Shown here: positions 1 to 11,612 of the stretch, piece after piece | Layout: each line of letters begins with the position of its first letter | Numbering within the stretch: the first letter of the stretch is position 1 | Origin: Octopus sinensis | Lineage: Eukaryota | Length of the DNA: 64,000 nucleotides | Assembly: GCF_006345805.1 (NCBI RefSeq) | Contig: NC_043008.1 | Location: 248,001-312,000, forward strand | Direction of reading: 5' to 3' | Notes under the pieces: generated by a model | Told to the model about the DNA's origin: nothing | The model's input: the letters and a program-made list of their open reading frames with translations, nothing else | Databases searched by the model: none | Translations under genes and position numbers: made by a program

Positions 1-206
1 GAGTCGACTCCGTAAAAGGTACCAAATTTGCCAGGTGATAATGTTAAACCGAGCGATGGGGTAAATCTACACCTGAAGTCATAGACGGATTTAAACGCTA
101 AAAGTGGAGAGAAGTCACTAAAGTGAACAAGGTTACTAAGCGGCACCAATATCGCTAGAAATAAGAGTCAACACAACACAATAACCACAAAAAAGCAGAA
201 AGATAG

Positions 207-294
<88 letters not shown>

Positions 295-384
295 GCTTAT
301 GTATGTATGTATGTATGTATGTATGTATGTATGTATGTATGTATGTATGTATGTATGTATCTATCTATCTATCTATCTATCTAT
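207..384. repeat. Compound microsatellite (ATCT)n-(ATGT)n-(CTAT)n
   Basis: Tetranucleotide runs read directly. Confidence 0.95.
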
Positions 385-662
385 CCTATTCTATTCTATT
401 CTATTTCATCCATCAGTCTATATTTGTTGGCTATATAACATTCTATATATGTATCTAGCTGTCTACTTGTCTGTCCATGGAGTTTGATACATATATAGAA
501 AGGCAGAAAGATAGATATCCAAGTAAAATGATAAATTATGCTGTGTAAACAGAAACACACACGTACGTGCGCGCGAATACACACGCACATCCACATCATC
601 ATCAGTGGTTCATATATCCGAAAGAAAAGCACACTCTAAATTATTAGAGGTTAACAATTTTT

Positions 663-833
663 TTAGGTAGTTAAAAGTTATGGCCGATCTTAAGGTGACC
701 ATTAGTTTTACACCGTGAACCGCTTAGCACTATAGGCGACTCGTCAGAAACTAAGTCGCCTGTACTGCTAAGCGCTTTATAGGTGCGAAACGAATGGTTA
801 CTTTAAGACCGGCGATAACTTTTAACTTCCTAA
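663..833. mobile_element. 171-bp fold-back element (MITE-like or structured RNA)
   Basis: Arms 663-741 and 754-833 are reverse complements around a 12-nt loop. TA occurs at 664-665 and 831-832. Confidence 0.55.
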
Positions 834-991
834 TATATAAGTATGATAGTGTACAAACCATGAACTATTTATACACGAAAGAGGTGACCTTTGACAGGAT
901 ACCTTGCATGCTAGAAAAGGCAGTCAAAACCCGAACCACGAATAAAAGCAATTTCAAGGAGAATGAATATAAAAAATATTTTTATAGTTAA

Positions 992-1059
992 TCTCAAACT
1001 CGAGTTTCTGTATCAATGAGCAAATAAATTAATTTGTCATTTGTACTTCATCAGTGGCG
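992..1059 (-). ncRNA. Candidate degenerate type I hammerhead ribozyme
   Basis: Minus strand reads CUGAUGA-A-[GUA..AAUGA-CAAAU/AUUUG-UCAUU..UAC]-A-GAAA-CUCGAG-UU. Helix III is palindromic but helix I has only 2 bp. Confidence 0.4.
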
Positions 1060-1067
1060 TCGCTAAA

Positions 1068-1106
<39 letters not shown>

Positions 1107-1745
1107 TTAGATAGATAGATACAGAGAGAAGAGAGAAGCAGAGAGAAAAGAAATAGAGAGGAGAGAGTGAGAGATCGAATGAGAGTAAGCGTGGGATTAA
1201 GTTGTCGGAAAGAAAGCAAATGATCATAACCTATGACAGAAAAAATATATAAAGACATAATCTACATGAATAAAGGAATAACAAACACTCATGTACACAC
1301 ACACACCTACACCCACGCACGCGCACTCATACACATTCACACCAAAATATAAAGATGTGTTATCCGTTCTTTTCAGACAAGAGTGCAGACGTAGGTACAT
1401 AAAAATTTCATTCACTGGTCACATTGAATATAATGTACTAACTTCGGTACGTAAGGACGGGCGAAAGAGATTAATGAAAGGACGTGTGAGAGAGATTAAT
1501 GAAATTTCACCGTAGTTACTCCTAAGTTAGATTAATGTTCGGCTCCTGAACGTATTTTGTGTAAGTACATTCTTACATTGGTGAATGTATTTTTACTTAT
1601 TGACTTCTGAGTGTATATTGGTGAAATTCGGATTGCAAGTAATTGTTAGCAAATAATAATTTTTTACAGTGAAAGGAAATGAACTTATTGCACTGTTAAT
1701 CAAATAATCTAAACTAATGAGAGAGTTTCTGTCTGTCTATCTGTC

Positions 1746-2372
1746 TATGTATGTATGTATGTATGTATGTATGTATGTATGTATGTATGTATGGTATGTA
1801 TGTATGTAGCATGTATGTATGTAAGTATGTATGCTGTATGTATGTATGTATGTTGTATGTATGTATGTATTATGTATGTATGTATGTATGTATGTATGTC
1901 TGTATGTATGTATGTATGTATGTAGTATGTATGTATGTATGTATGTATGTATGTATGTATGTATGTATGTATGTATGTATGTATGCATGTATGTATGTAA
2001 GTATGTATGCATGTATGTATGTATGTATGTATGTATGTATGTATGTATTATGTATGTATGTATGTATGTATTATGTATGTATGTATGTATGTAGGTATGT
2101 ATGCATGTATGTATGTAAGTATGTATGCATGTATGTATGTATGTTGTATGTATGTATGTATGCATGTATGTATGTATGTATGTAGGTATGTATGCATGTA
2201 TGTTATGTAAGTATGTATGCATGTATGTATGTATGTATGTATGTATGCATGTATGTATGTATGTATGTAGGTATGTATGTATGTATGCATGTATGTATGT
2301 ATGTATGTATGTATGTATGTATGTACATGTATGTAAGTATGTATGTATGTATGTAAGTATGTATGTATGTAT
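1746..2372. repeat. (TATG)n microsatellite, ~630 bp
   Basis: Read directly; source of the MYVC/HTYI ORFs. Confidence 0.97.
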
Positions 2373-2582
2373 TTCCTTCTCTCTCTCCTCCTCTCTCCCC
2401 CCTCTCTCTCTATAAATATATATACGCATATATAATATAGAAAGATAGATAGACACAGGTAAATATATATGTATGTATATGTATGTGCCTGCTTAGAATA
2501 TAAACATGTAGATATTTATGGTAACACCTTCATACATACATACATACATATATATATACGTATGTATGTGCGTGTATACATA

Positions 2583-2655
<73 letters not shown>

Positions 2656-2922
2656 TTGTGTGCTGTAAGTATATATATGTAAGTATGTGCAATTATACAT
2701 CGCTATGTGCTTATAAACATGTCTATAATTATTTTATATCGATACCTTTGTGTGTGTGTGTATATATATACACATATATATATATATATCTATGTATATG
2801 TACGATATATTATATGTTATATATATATATAGATATATTATATATATATTATTATATATAATATATATATTACAATATATATAGATGCCTATATATATAT
2901 ATACACAATATATCTATGCCTA

Positions 2923-2954
<32 letters not shown>

Positions 2955-3352
2955 ATATATAAATCGATCTGGTTTCTCAGTATCTATCATTCTACATCCG
3001 TACACATATATAAACCCTAATTCGAGTGCATTTGTGTTCGTTGGTGCGTACCCATGTATGTGTGTGTGTGTGTGTGTGTGTGTTTTGTGAAGACATTTCT
3101 ATGCGTACTGAACTTGGAAGAAGCGTCTTTGAAGCGTACCATTAATAATTCCCCCGTTTCCCACCCCACTCATTCCAATGAAAACAATAACTGTACTGAA
3201 TTGAAAATCAATGGAAACTCGCTGGGAGTAAAGTTCATAAAAATATTTTTATGTCGGAAGTTAATGATGTTGTTTCGGAAGTGTTTTACTGTCTCTGAAA
3301 ATACACAGGCACTTCTAGCTCCACCTACATGCTCTCTCACCCCCTCTCTCTG

Positions 3353-3366
<14 letters not shown>

Positions 3367-3418
<52 letters not shown>

Positions 3419-3566
3419 CACACACATACACACACACACATACACACACACACAAACACACACATACACACATACACACACATACACACACACACAAACA
3501 CACACACACACACCACCCACCACACACACACACACACAGACACACACACACACACACACACATACA

Positions 3567-3610
<44 letters not shown>
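3367..3610. repeat. (CA)n microsatellite
   Basis: Read directly. Confidence 0.95.
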
Positions 3611-3612
<2 letters not shown>

Positions 3613-3894
3613 ATGCCTATAACATGCTCACTGTTCCAGTACTTATAGCACCATTTGAGGTTTTGGATTATACATTAAGTGATATCCGGCTACTGATTTT
3701 ATAAACCGGAGAATTTAATCCTAAACCACAAATTTCTACATCGACTGCGATTTATTAAACCAAAGTTGATTAAATTAATCTTAGAATGTTACATCAAGTG
3801 AAAATATGTGAAATCTGTGGAAATAATACTGTAATAAAAGAAATAAGTAATGATCATAGGTAGATCTCACCATTCTATCTGTCTCTCTGTCTGC

Positions 3895-3897
<3 letters not shown>

Positions 3898-3993
<96 letters not shown>
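3898..3993. repeat. (ATCT)n microsatellite
   Basis: Read directly. Confidence 0.95.
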
Positions 3994-4077
3994 GCTAACT
4001 AGCTAGCTGTCTATCTATTTACCTATCTATCTGTTTATCTGCCTATCTTTATATTTATCTATCTATCTATGACTATC

Positions 4078-4222
4078 TGGTAAGAAGTTTGCTTCCCTGC
4101 CACAAGATTCCGGGTTCAGTCTCACTACGTGGCACCTTGAGCGTTTTCTATTATCTTCTCGGGCCGACCAAAGTTTTGTGAGTGGATTTGGTAGACGGAA
4201 GTTGAAGGAAACCCTTCGTATA
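4078..4222 (+). mobile_element. SINE family S2 (GGCGCAGGAGTGGCTGTGTGG head), 5' part
   Basis: GGGTTCAGTC B-box-like motif, then GGGCCGACCAAAG..GTGAGTGGATTTGGTAGACGGAA shared with the full copy at 53507. Confidence 0.8.
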
Positions 4223-4492
4223 TCAATCTATCTATCTATCTGTCTGTCTGTCTGTCTATCTGTTTATCTATCTGTCTATATATATATATATATATATGTG
4301 GGGGGGGGTGTCTGAGGGAATATTATTACTAACGTACAGGGAAAAATTCAATTTAGAAATACTAAATCAAATTTCACAAAATATAATATATATATAAATT
4401 AGAAAAAAACACATTTTATCAATGCAAAATGAAAAATTAAATTACACAATCTCTAAATTATATATAATAGAAATATTAAAATTAAAATAACA

Positions 4493-4599
4493 ATAATATA
4501 CCGATGATTAAGTAATGTGCAAAATAATAAATAAAATATATACCAAATATATACGTTTTATTTATTATTTTGCACATTACTTAATCATCGGTATATTAT
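4493..4599. repeat. Perfect 44-bp inverted repeat with 19-nt spacer
   Basis: 4493-4536 is the exact reverse complement of 4556-4599. Confidence 0.92.
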
Positions 4600-4697
4600 A
4601 TATTTCTCGCGTATATATAAATATATATATATATCTACATACAGGGTGCGGTGACTAAATTGTCGTCTGAATTACGCAAAAATGAAAATAACACTGA

Positions 4698-5213
4698 GTC
4701 CTTGGCTCAAATGCATGTCCTTGTGCTCCTCACCCATAAAAAGTAAAAACACAAAACAACACAAAACAAGTGCATTAAACACACACACAAACATATATGC
4801 ATATGTATGTAAGAATGTGTGAAGCGGGAGAGAGTGGAACGGTGTATGGACATATGTACTGAGGCATGTGTATTTATGACGGATAGTTTTGCGAAGAAAC
4901 TCTTCATCTGTCATTATGTCACATTGAAAATGCCGTCATCAAGGTTTTATTGCGGGGTTTTTCCATGATTTAATGACGTTATTGCATGGTAATTAAAAAC
5001 AAAAAATTAACAATTGTTATCATTATTTCGTCTCGGGGACGTTTCAAGTGACAACCTGCTACTCTTGTAAAGTATTTTATTAGTTTTGCTCATATCATAA
5101 AATGCCAGAATATGACATGGTCTCTAATGTTTGATATGTAAATTTGTTGAAAAGAAATATTAATAAAGTAATTTCGGAGGCGGAGGTCAATCAAATTGAC
5201 AGCAATGAGAAAA
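4698..5213. repeat. Local duplication, copy 1 (copy 2 at 6778-7264)
   Basis: Colinear alignment; 5107-5178 is identical to 7147-7218 (72 bp). Confidence 0.88.
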
Positions 5214-5353
5214 CTGGTATTTATTTTATCAACCCCGAAAGAATGAAAGGCAAAGTCGGTCTCGGTGGAATTTGAACTCGGGGCGTAAAAACGGATGAAA
5301 TATCGCCAAGCATTTTGCCCGTCGTTCTAACGATTTTGCCAGCTCGCCACCTT
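5213..5353 (-). mobile_element. SINE family S1, 5' part
   Basis: GAAAGGCAAAGTCGGTCTCGGTGGAATTTGAACTC...GCCAGCTCGCC matches the reverse complement of S1 at 6335. Confidence 0.8.
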
Positions 5354-5582
5354 AGTTTATGCAATAATAACAACGATAACGGTTACCAATTTAAACAGAA
5401 AGCCAACAACTTTGAAAGGAGGTGGACATATAGTTTACATGGTATACTAGTGGACGTTTCATCAACTCAGAAGATTTTACCTCAGAAAGTAAAGATCCCC
5501 AGGAAATGCCGTCATGCATTCTCTCGAACTCGCTAATGGTCCTGGCGGTTCGCCAGCTTCATAATAGTAGTCATGAAACCAC

Positions 5583-5955
5583 AACTGCAATGGCCCAGTG
5601 GTTAGGGCAGCGGACTCGCGGTCGGAGGATCGCGGTTTCGATTCCCAGACCGGGCGTTGTGTGTGTTTATTGAGCGAAAACACCTAAAGCTCTACGAGGC
5701 TCTGGCAGGGGTGGTGGTGGCGACCCCTGTTGTACTCTTTCGCCCCAACATTCTCTCACTCTTTCTTCCTGTTTCTTGTCCCCGACTTCCTATGCAACCG
5801 CTGAGCCTGGATGCGCATTCACCCATCTGTCGATGCTCTCGGTGTCGGGGGTTGACCTGCTTTCTCTTCTGCGGGTCTTACGAATAGCAAAGGACCACGT
5901 TTCGGACTTCTCCCATCTTGCGAGCTCTGGGACGTTCGCTCAACTGCAACAATAA
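5583..5955 (+). mobile_element. tRNA-derived SINE, family S4
   Basis: A box TGGCCCAGTGG 5591-5601, B box GTTTCGATTCCC 5635-5646, non-tRNA body and short CAA/TAA tail. Confidence 0.7.
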
Positions 5956-5967
5956 TAATGATTTCAA

Positions 5968-6156
5968 ATTTTGGCTCAAGGCCAGCAATTTCGTGGGTTG
6001 GGGGCTAAGTGGATTACATCATTAGCTTATCAACGTCCGAAAGGATGAAAATGCTAAGTCAACCTCGCCGGAATTTTAACTCAGAACACGAAGACGGACG
6101 AAATGCTGCTCAGCAGTTTGTCCGGGGTGCTAACGATCCTACCAACCCTCCGCCCT
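5968..6156 (-). mobile_element. SINE family S1, diverged
   Basis: GAAAGGATGAAAATGCTAAGTCAACCTCGCCGGAATTTTAACTCAG core. Confidence 0.7.
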
Positions 6157-6334
6157 AATTTTAATGATTATATTAGTATATGCAATCTAAACAGTTCTAC
6201 GGGATATCGAAACTTTGTCTAGATTCTAACGCCTGATGTAAAACCAAAAAGCAAGCATTTTTTGCGAATCATGGTATGGAGAGACTACGTTCAAGTTTCT
6301 ATTCTTCAGTTGAAGGTTTTATATTTTGTAGAAA

Positions 6335-6570
6335 GGCGGCGAGTTGGCCGGAACGTTAGCACGCCGGGCGAAATGCTTAGCGGTATTTCGTCCTCCGTTA
6401 CGTTGTGAGTTCGAATTCCGCCGAGGTCGACTTTGCCTTTCATGCTTTAGGGGGTCGATAAATTAAGTACCAGTTACGCACTGGGGTCGATATAATCGAC
6501 TTAATCCTTCTGTCTGTCCTTGTTTGTCCCCTCTTTGCTTAGCCCCTTGTGGGTAATAAAGAAATAGGTA
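6335..6570 (+). mobile_element. Full-length tRNA-derived SINE S1 with 16-bp target-site duplication
   Basis: A-box-like TGGCCGGAACGTT, B box GAGTTCGAATTCC, central TTTGCCTTTCAT..GGGGTCGATAAATTAAGTACCAG (resembles Meta-type SINE cores). TSD TTATATTTTGTAGAAA at 6319-6334 and 6571-6586. Confidence 0.9.
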
Positions 6571-6777
6571 TTATATTTTGTAGAAAATGGCGCTCCTAAT
6601 CCGTTTTCCGGTTTAAGGCCATTGCTTGGGTCTTAGGTGTCTTTATCTGAGTCCAGTCTGAAGGAAAAATTGCAGAGGGGACTCTGAGCTGACTTCAACT
6701 TACTCTCTTCGATCAGCCATTAATGGAGGTCACCAGCTAAATGATTGATTGCAAGAGGAATTACTTAGACCTCTAAT

Positions 6778-7264
6778 GTCCTTGGCATAAACACAAGTCC
6801 TTGTAACAAAAACAAAATCAAACAACAAGTAAATGAAACATAAACACATGTATATGCATGTGTGTGTAAGAAAGTGAAATGGCAGAGAAAATACCGTGTA
6901 TGCACACGTGTATTCGAGTGGGTATATTTATAATGAGTTGTCTTGTGAAGAAACATTTTCCCCCCAAAATGTTACATTGAAAATGCCGTTATCAAGGTTT
7001 TATTGGGGGTTTTTCCTCGATTTAATGACGTTATTGGTTGGTAATTAAAAACAAAAATTAACAACTGTTGTCTCGGGGACGTTTCAAGTGACAACCTGCT
7101 ACTCTTGAAAGATAATTTATTATTTCTGCTCATATCATAAAATGCTAGAATATGACATGGTCTCTAATGTTTGATATGTAAATTTGTTGAAAAGAAATAT
7201 TAATAAAGTAATTTCGGAAATAAGTGGAGGCAGAGGTCAATCAAAAATGACTGCAATGCGAAAA
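6778..7264. repeat. Local duplication, copy 2
   Basis: See 4698-5213. Confidence 0.88.
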
Positions 7265-7510
7265 CAAATGTGATTTAAATTTAATTAACAGCTTATACAA
7301 CAACACTAACAACAATAACGATTATTAATTTAGACACAAAGTCAGTAACTTTGAAAGGAGGATGGCAAATCGATTACACGACCAGCTGGTAGTTAATTTA
7401 TCGACCCCGAGAGGATGAAAGACAAGTTGACCTCAGAACGCAAAGATCCTCAATAAATGCCGTCAAATATTTTGTCAGGCTCGCTAACGCTTCTGGCACT
7501 TCGCCGCCTT

Positions 7511-7529
7511 CATCATCATCATCATCATC

Positions 7530-7571
<42 letters not shown>

Positions 7572-7960
7572 GCCCTGATGCAGCACAAGGCAGTGGCTCC
7601 CATGGCTTCTGACCTTAATTGATTGGAAGTGTTATCATGTACATTGTTTTGTCTTGGTATAAAAGATGGGCTACGTCAAATATTCTGCTCCATACCACAG
7701 ATTTGCATGTCAGCTGTTTGACCTTAACCAGTTGAGCATGTCCCTTAGTGGCTGATGATACGTGCGTCTCTGATCACGAGCAAAAGTAGTGGGGGAGCAT
7801 CATAACCGTGTGCTGAGATGAATTCTTTGGGGTTTGGATAATTCACCTCTGGAAACATGGGTGTTTCGTCCAACATCCTTAAACAACCCTTATTCGGGGA
7901 CCTTTTGAGCGGGATGGGTTACTCGACCAGAAGAAAATTCTAACTGGGCCCCACCTACTC
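7511..7960 (-). mobile_element. Probable retroposon 3' end with (TAT)n/(TGA)n tail
   Basis: Higher-GC block ending in a triplet tail on the minus strand; motif AAATATTCTGCTC.ATA.CACAGATT recurs near 9595-9620. Confidence 0.35.
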
Positions 7961-8223
7961 TAATTCCTGTTGGACTTGCAATAATCATTGTTGCAGCTGT
8001 AACGCATGCTCGTGTATCAACGTCTGCACCAACCTTATTCATTGGTCTGCGGTCGTGAAGGGTTTTAGTCGCAAAAATCGACCCCGATTGTTATGCTTTA
8101 AGGTTTGATATTTATTCTATCTATCTCTGTGGGCGCAATCACAAAGTCACAGTGACATGAACAAACACTGGTTGACAAGCGGTGGTAGGAGACAACACGA
8201 ACACAAAGACACACACAGAGAAA

Positions 8224-8277
<54 letters not shown>

Positions 8278-8294
8278 ATATCACACATATAGAC

Positions 8295-8330
<36 letters not shown>

Positions 8331-8333
<3 letters not shown>

Positions 8334-9075
8334 GGTATGTAGAAAAATACAACATGGACAAGAACGTATAACTCTTAGAAGACGATACAATAAACATGGA
8401 CAGGACATTCGAACCCCTCAGTCTTCAGTCAAGAACCGGATCATCGTAGTAATTTCGGCTGATTAATCTTGAGATTACTAGATCACGGCCAGCCCTCCAA
8501 GAAAAACTAAGCAACGAGCATTAGAAAAACTAAGCTGGAAGCGTAGATTTCCTGGAAGAAGGATCGAATGCATACGAACACCAGGACAGCAAAAGGGACA
8601 GATATAAAAAAACAAAAAAACAAAAAACAATAATGGAATACAGAAACATGAAATACAGAAGCATTAACGGTGAAAACAACAAGTGTCTTACGACTGATAA
8701 CAAGCAAACAAATTTTTTCTCTGGCGCATTGGAAAAAGCCTTTATAGCGGCGGACGAGAAACAACGATGTTAACACGACGAGGGTCAGGAGCTGAAAGGC
8801 AGATTTCGGCCAACAGTCACGTGACAGAGAAGAGGGAAAAGAAAGGAAAGAAAGAGAAGCAAAGGAAGAGAGAGAGAGAAAGGGGAACAAAACGCAACAA
8901 AGAGAGAGAAAGAAGGAATCAGAGAGGAGAAGGGATGGGTGTCGAAGAATGACCTGTGAGTGCAGAGCGAGACAAAGAAATAGGAGGGTAGTGGAAGACT
9001 AGACCAAAGGATCAGAGGAAAGGGAAGATGAATAGAGAGAAAAGAGAGAGAGAGAGGGGGACAGATCAAGTAAAA
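8331..9075 (-). mobile_element. (TA)n-associated repeat family D (Penelope-like appearance)
   Basis: Terminal GGTATGTAGAAAAATACAACATGGACAAGAACGTATAACTC is nearly identical at 60775-60836 and related at 42775-42880 and 15945-16170; copies abut (TA)n. Confidence 0.55.
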
Positions 9076-9136
9076 ATGATATATATATATATATATAGAT
9101 ATATATATATATATATATATGAATATATATATTTAA

Positions 9137-9296
9137 GGCGGGCTTCTTTCAGCTTCTGTGTACAAAGTCTAATCACAGGGCTTTCATTGGTTCGAGGTTA
9201 TAGTAGAGGACGCTTACCCAAAGAACTACTTCGTGGAAGGACTGAACTCGGATGCATGTCTTTCTGAAGCAAAATTCTTACCAAATAGCCACTCCT
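9137..9296 (-). mobile_element. SINE family S2, 5' half, diverged
   Basis: CGGGCTTCTTTCAG...GACTGAAC...CTTACCA..AGCCACTCCT. Confidence 0.75.
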
Positions 9297-9619
9297 AAAG
9301 AAAGAAAAACTATATATAATGAAGTCTTAGAGTATTACTACCGAAAACAGGATGGAGACATAAGAAATTAGATCCAAAGTACACTGTGTAACAACGTATT
9401 GTTTATTTTTTAGTCTTTGGTCAGTAAGCCTTTTTTTCTATTTCTGTCTATCCAGAAACCAAAAGAAATTCCTACTATTGCCTTCAGACTTTGCCTTTAT
9501 GACCTGGACATCAAAGTTTTGAAGCTGATCTATTTTCAATTACATTTCAGACAGATTCAGCACTGAGTTGCTGAAGCAGAAATATCTTAACAGAAAATAT
9601 TCTGCTCAATAGCACAGAT

Positions 9620-9707
9620 TTCCCCAAATGGAGGGTATATCAGCCGAAACGTTGTGTTAACAACAAACAAGATGAGGACAAATATCCGTCAAATGTAAAG
9701 AATGTTC
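9620..9707 (+). mobile_element. Family B (HHR element) 3' fragment
   Basis: GGAGGGTATATCAGCCGAAACGTTGTGTTAACAACAAACAAGATGAGGAC matches 33370-33430; the CUGAUGA half is deleted. Confidence 0.8.
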
Positions 9708-9993
9708 GGATCTTTTCCTTTTGATGGACGGAATTTTCTAGTTAACTAAACAATTTGAAACTTCGTATACTGGTAGAATGTGTCAAAAGAAAACAATATT
9801 GTAAGCAAAATTGAAAACAAAATTGTAATTTGTAAGTTTAACGTAGTTTAATTCTTCGAATTTTAACCAATGAAATGCCAGCATTTGAGCTCAAATCATT
9901 TGCTACGTTATCGATATTGATAAACAAACATAGCAGACGCACGCTGCATACACACACACACACATATATTCAGATACATACACACATACACTT

Positions 9994-10027
<34 letters not shown>

Positions 10028-10938
10028 TCACTCTCTCTCTCTCTCAAACACATGCATATACATTTGCACAAGCACATAGTAATTAATATATAAGCGTACA
10101 CACACATACAAACGGAGATATACATACACACACATACGCACACAAGCATACATACACGTTCGTGAGTTCGCACTGGTGTCGATAGAATCGACTTAATACT
10201 TTTGTATCTCATGCTTTGTCCCCTCTGTGTTTTGCCCCTTGCCGCAACAAATTTACACAAAAGGTAAATAAACCAAGGGGTCAATGTTTCATCGTTTCGG
10301 GGTCGATAAATTAAGTACCAATTACGCACTGGTGTCGAGGATTTTTTTCCCAATTTATATCACAGTCTCCAACAAGCTGGGGCATCTTTTATGAAAAAAT
10401 ATTTCGCAAATTTTTACAATACGACCCACACTCCACGCGCACCCTCTAGACCGATTTAGGCATATTATTGTTTTGTTTTTGTTGTTTCTGGCCCTTCAAA
10501 ACCATGGGAGAAGCCTTTTCGGAAAAAAAAAATAAAGAAAATATTCAAAAAATATCGTTAATATTTTTATTAGGCAACGAAATTCATCGATTTAAGAGAT
10601 ATAGCTGTTATTTCTAGCACATGCCTCTCCCTTCCGCCTTTGTTTATCAAACAGACAGAAGAGAGAAGGATGAATAACACGTGTGTGTGTGTGTGTGTGC
10701 TGTTTACGTTGAAAGAGGATATTGTCTGAGCTTTTAGACGCAGAAAATGTTTTGAGCTCAAACGCTGGCATTTCATTGGTTAAAATTCGAAGAATTAAAC
10801 TACGTTAAACTTACAAATTACAATTTTGTTTTCAATTTTGTTTACAATAATGTTTTCTTTTGACACATTCTACCAGTATACGAAGTTTCAAATTGTTTAG
10901 TTAACTAGAAAATTCCGTCCATCAAATGGAAAAGATCC
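9708..10938. mobile_element. 1.23-kb element with ~194-bp terminal inverted repeats (GGATC...GATCC)
   Basis: 9708-9901 is a near-perfect reverse complement of 10745-10938; flanked by a perfect 52-bp direct repeat. Confidence 0.8.
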
Positions 10939-11125
10939 GTTAACAACAAACAAGATGAGGACAAATATCCGTCAAATGTAAAGAATGTTCAATGTATGTT
11001 GTTAGATTTTTTCTTTTAATAAGTGGTAGTTGATGCTTTATGGGGCGACTTGGCTGTTTTATTTTCTCGCAGAACGAGGACCTGTCTAGATAATCCTTCG
11101 TTGGATCGTTCGTGTTTTTGTTACA

Positions 11126-11382
11126 TCAACACAGCGGGGTGATGGTGGTGGTAATGATTGTTGTAAAGGCAGTTGTAGAAGTGGTCGTTGCGGTAGTGGT
11201 AGTAGTATTAGTAGTGCAGGAAGTCGGCGTCATCGTGGTTATAGTAGTAGTAGTAATTTCGTTTGTGAAGGTGGTCGTAGGGGCGTTTGTAGTTGTCGTC
11301 ATCGGAGTAATAGTGCGAGTGTTGATAGTTGTGGTGGTGTGGGTGTTTGTAGTAGCAGTAGTAGAACTAGAGACAGTAGTAT

Positions 11383-11414
<32 letters not shown>

Positions 11415-11612
11415 CTAGCTGTAATAGTCGAAGTAATAATAGCTGTAATAGTAGTAATAATAATAGTAGCGGTAGTAGTAGTAGCTGTAATATCTGTAGA
11501 AGTAGCACCACCACCACCACCACCACCACTGCTACTACTACTACTTCTACTACTACTACTACTAGTAGTAGTAGTAGTTAGTAGTAGTAGTAGTCGTGGT
11601 AGCAGCAGCAGT
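11126..11612. repeat. Degenerate (GTA/GTG)n triplet low-complexity tract
   Basis: Read directly. Confidence 0.8.

Noticed and set aside
742-748. CUGACGA (minus strand) in the loop of the 663-833 hairpin
   Set aside because: No GAAA or helix III in register.
1737-2456. Long ORFs such as 1737-2456, 3054-3704, 18667-19233, 51169-51816 and 59404-60225
   Set aside because: They are translations of (TATG)n, (CA)n, (CAT)n and (CT)n repeats that lack stops by composition.
5030-5050. GAAACGUC on the minus strand of the duplicated block (also ~7075)
   Set aside because: No CUGANGA or helix II upstream.
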